Below, in pieces: positions 60,524 through 64,000 of a DNA stretch of 64,000 nt. Origin of the DNA: Spironucleus salmonicida (lineage: Eukaryota). Location of the stretch: NCBI RefSeq assembly GCF_000497125.1, contig NC_090598.1:868001-932000 (forward strand), read 5' to 3'. The position numbers and the translations under genes were made by a program. The first letter of the stretch is position 1, and the number at the start of each line of letters is the position of its first letter. Under the pieces are notes generated by a model that worked only from the letters and a program-made list of their open reading frames with translations, was not told the DNA's origin and did no database searches.

Positions 60524-63500
60524 TCACTGCATCAGCTCCCGCACGAAGCGCGCAAACGGCACCACCTGACGCCCGACGTCCAGCTCTGCTGTCCGCGCAC
60601 GCAGCAGCTGGTCAGCCAGCCCCTGTAGTAGTGCTTGGTCCAGAGTCATCCCGCAGCGGCGCGCGGCCCCGAAGTCCGCCTCACCCCCCGCATCACGGTA
60701 TGGTCCCGCCGCTAGGAACGTAAAGTTTGGCAGATCTGGGATCACTATCAAGTTGCGTGAGACTGCATAGTAACCCCCCGCGATAAAGCAGCGCTTCTGG
60801 TGGTAGTAGATCCGCTGCAGGCTCTCGCAACGAAGGCAGATCACGGTGCCGCAGAAGAGGCATACCAGACTATACTTAAGTGCAGCGCACCCAGTGCAGG
60901 GCTGCAGCGCCTTCAGAAGCGTCGCGTGGCTGTCCGTGAACTGGAACGCCAGGCGCAGGCAGTTTGGCTGCGGCAAGTCCGCCTCCCGCACGCGTCGTAG
61001 CAGCGCCAAAAATGGTTCCGAAAGGGACGGTGTCACCGTGAGCTCCCGCTCCACTAAGCCACCCTCGTGCTGCTAGCCGAAGAAATCAGCTCTGGCAGCC
61101 GCTCCCAGCAGAGCCGTCCAGACGGCTGCACTTCCGCGGAAAGGCTTCTTAGACCGCGCGGTGCCGAAAAAGACCAAGAACCGGAACTCCGCCTGCTATG
61201 CGATCCACACGTCTGGGTTCTACGCTAGATTATCGAACAGGAGCTCGAAGTTCGCGTGCTCGCTCTCGAGGCTGACGAGTGCGCGATGGGTCATCACGTG
61301 CAGCAGGAAGCGCGCCATCAGCACCAATGAGGCAGCGCAGTTCACCGCCTGCGCGATTTCGCGGTTTTGTAGCACTGCCAGAAGTACACCGCTCATAGCC
61401 GTGTCTGCGAGTACATTGACACAGCGTAAGCCCTCAAACTGGAATATCTCACGAGGCGTGAAATGTGCGGCGTTACGTGCAGCTAGAGCCTCCCGCGTGA
61501 GCGCTAAATCGCCATCACCGAGCATATCCGCCAAGAACGCTACGCGGACCAGCGGGTCGTCAATGGGCTCAGCGCCGAACTGCTGGTAGCTCTGTAGGAT
61601 CTGAGAGGTAGTGAATAACACCGTTTTCAAGTTTTGCAGTTCATCGTCGCAGAAGCGCACTGGGAGTGCAATCGGCGAGACGCGCCGGCAGACGCTACAG
61701 ACGAGAGAATGCATAATGTGCTGCTTCTGGTTGCAAAATGCGTGCGCGAGGTGCCCGCAAGCATTGAGGTACAATGCGACGAAGTTCTGGCTGAGCGGGT
61801 AAAAATCTGTGCAGAGCGTGCTGTTCTTGAAGACCGATGCTGTGAGGTGCGAACCGGAGAGCCCGGAGAAGCCTGTCTGTGTTGGCCGCGTGTATTCCTT
61901 TTTTACAGTCCGGAGCGCCAAGTTGAGCGTCTTCTGGGGAAACTCGAAGAAAATGAAGTTCTGGGGAGTGACCTCGCTCCCTAAGAGCCGGTGTAGCGCT
62001 GATGTGGGTTGTAACAGTGCCAGCTGGCAGAGTGGCTCGACCTTGTCCTGCTCCTGACAGATCGTGCAGCCACCAAACTTTAATTATTCAGATTCTTAAT
62101 TTTTACTTTGGTGCAATGGTTAGCTACATGACTAATTTAGCAAGAGCTCGCTGGTTCGACTCTGCTATTTGGTGGATTTTAGCGATTCAAGTCGGCTCTT
62201 TAGAGAGATTTTCGACTACACAATTTGCGTTTTAGCAGTTTCGGCTACTAACGATTGCGCGATCCTGGGAAGCTGCAGATGATGCAGCCGGTCCGCTAGA
62301 CCCATATCTAAGCACGTTCGGCTCAGAATTAGAAGTGCATTGGAGCCAATTTTGGAAGCCATTTCCTGGTTTTAGAGCTTGTCCAACAGGTAGAACACGA
62401 GGGACTCGAATTCTGGTAATTTCAGAAAAGTCTGATACAGGCCAGAAAACTCGTGCATCTGTGCCATACAGGCCGGAAATTTGGTCTTTTCGAAACTCTG
62501 CGTCTCGTAGTAAAATCCAAGTTGTCCTGAGTCTGCGAAAAACGGATCGTAAAAGGAGAGGCCTTCAAGTAGTTCTGGTTTGATAGTGAACGTTATTGTC
62601 ACGCTGTCGGTGGAGTACAGACGGAACACATGCTCAGCTTTTTGTTCGTTTGCAATTTTTCTCAACATTGATTTTAGGTAATCCGGGGAATAGTAGGGCT
62701 CTTCGTCAAATGCTGACGTTATTTAGCTGAAGGTGGGGTTATCATGGGCGATTAAAAATTAAATTAAATAGTTTTGAACATATGCGTCGATAGATGGAAT
62801 ATTAAGCGATTTAAAAGTAACAATATTGATAAATTTAACAAAGTCTATAAGCATTTTTATCTTTCTGGTCTCGTCTTCTTTGTTTTCATCAATAACTAAC
62901 TTTTAATGGTCAAAGTCATAGAATCCGAACAAGTGTAAAGTTTAGTAAAACCATTAAACGGCAGTAGAATTATCATAAGAAAAATTTAGTATTAAAATCT
63001 ATTAAGCTAATTAATACTGATGATACGCATCATAGAACATTGTTTTCTACTACTAATTAAAAATATATTCCAAGAAAAACTCAACCTTTTCACCCAACCT
63101 TCGGAAACCTTAAGATTAAAAAATTGACTTTGAAACTATTACATTGGTAGCAAAAATATTTAAAGTATTAAGCACCTCGGAAACTTCTAAATTCATAGCT
63201 TATATTTCGATTGATAATAATTCTGCTAATGGTAACTCATACCCCGTTATATCTTAATTATGATATGTGCTATATACATCTAAGATTTAAGCCAAAAATG
63301 CAGTTAATGAATTTTAGATTTGATGGTACGTTTCTTTTGTATTTTTATCAGCTTCATCAAATTTAGAATTATATTAATGCAAATAAAGTCGACTTAACTT
63401 TTAAAAATGATCTTTGCTATTTTAAAATCCAAACTGTTGACTTTTAGAATGAATGAATATTAACTAAACTAAATATTAAATCATTTGTTTAATAGACATT

Positions 63501-64000
63501 ATATTTTTAGGATCATATGTAATTTCTTATATAACTTATGTAACTTTTTAGACTTGAGGAAGCAGCTCATTTTTTTAGTAAAACTACGAAAAAAACCATT
63601 AAAATTAAAACCATTAAAATTATTTTCGCTAATGATTAAATAAATAGAGCGACTAATAAATACCTTCATCATTTTATGGATCACGCAAAACAAACCTTGG
63701 TAATTAAAGATAAGCAAAAAAAGAAAACGATAATAATATATGGAAACATGTAAGCTTTCCATTTAAAATTTACTATATAAAATATGGTTATTTCTAACTA
63801 TATTAGAATGTCTCTATTTTATTTAATTAATCCATTAAGATATGTTATTAATCCTTAACTGCAAACTAATATGAATCTATTGGTTATAAATTCCGTGTAA
63901 TGATAAACATTATTTCTAATCGTTCGGTAATATTTTAACAAATTTAAGTATCTTATAAACTCAAAACTTCATAAGATAATTCTTTGTATATGTTACTAAA
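60524..64000 (-). CDS. UBR1/2-like N-recognin E3 ubiquitin ligase, 5'-partial
   Basis: RING-like CGHLAHAFC..CSVCR, CLFCGTVIC and GPYRDAGGEADFG; frame stays open to the window end. Confidence 0.82.

Overview
Gene-dense eukaryotic DNA with no introns detected. It reads with the variant code TAA/TAG=Gln and TGA as the only stop, so the standard-code ORF track fragments most genes. That code, an AGTGA signal overlapping the stop codon, a C-rich motif just before ATG and a Giardia-like kinesin-2 point to a hexamitid diplomonad, most like Spironucleus (inference). Recognisable genes: ZIP transporter (x2), Myb-like proteins, superoxide reductase, glucokinase head-to-head with an MFS sugar porter, a PepD pseudogene, kinesin-2, HAD phosphatase, TBC Rab-GAP (x3), DPE2-type 4-alpha-glucanotransferase, cyclin and type I asparaginase (x2 each), PGK, a PDI-like thioredoxin, a bacterial-type UPRT and a UBR E3 ligase. 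The main structural signal is four near-identical, partly nested or chained inverted duplications with 2.2-3.8 kb arms. Three are strongly GC-enriched, and their breakpoints cut genes and often give the copy a different N-terminus. All translations and family calls were made by eye; no database search was run.
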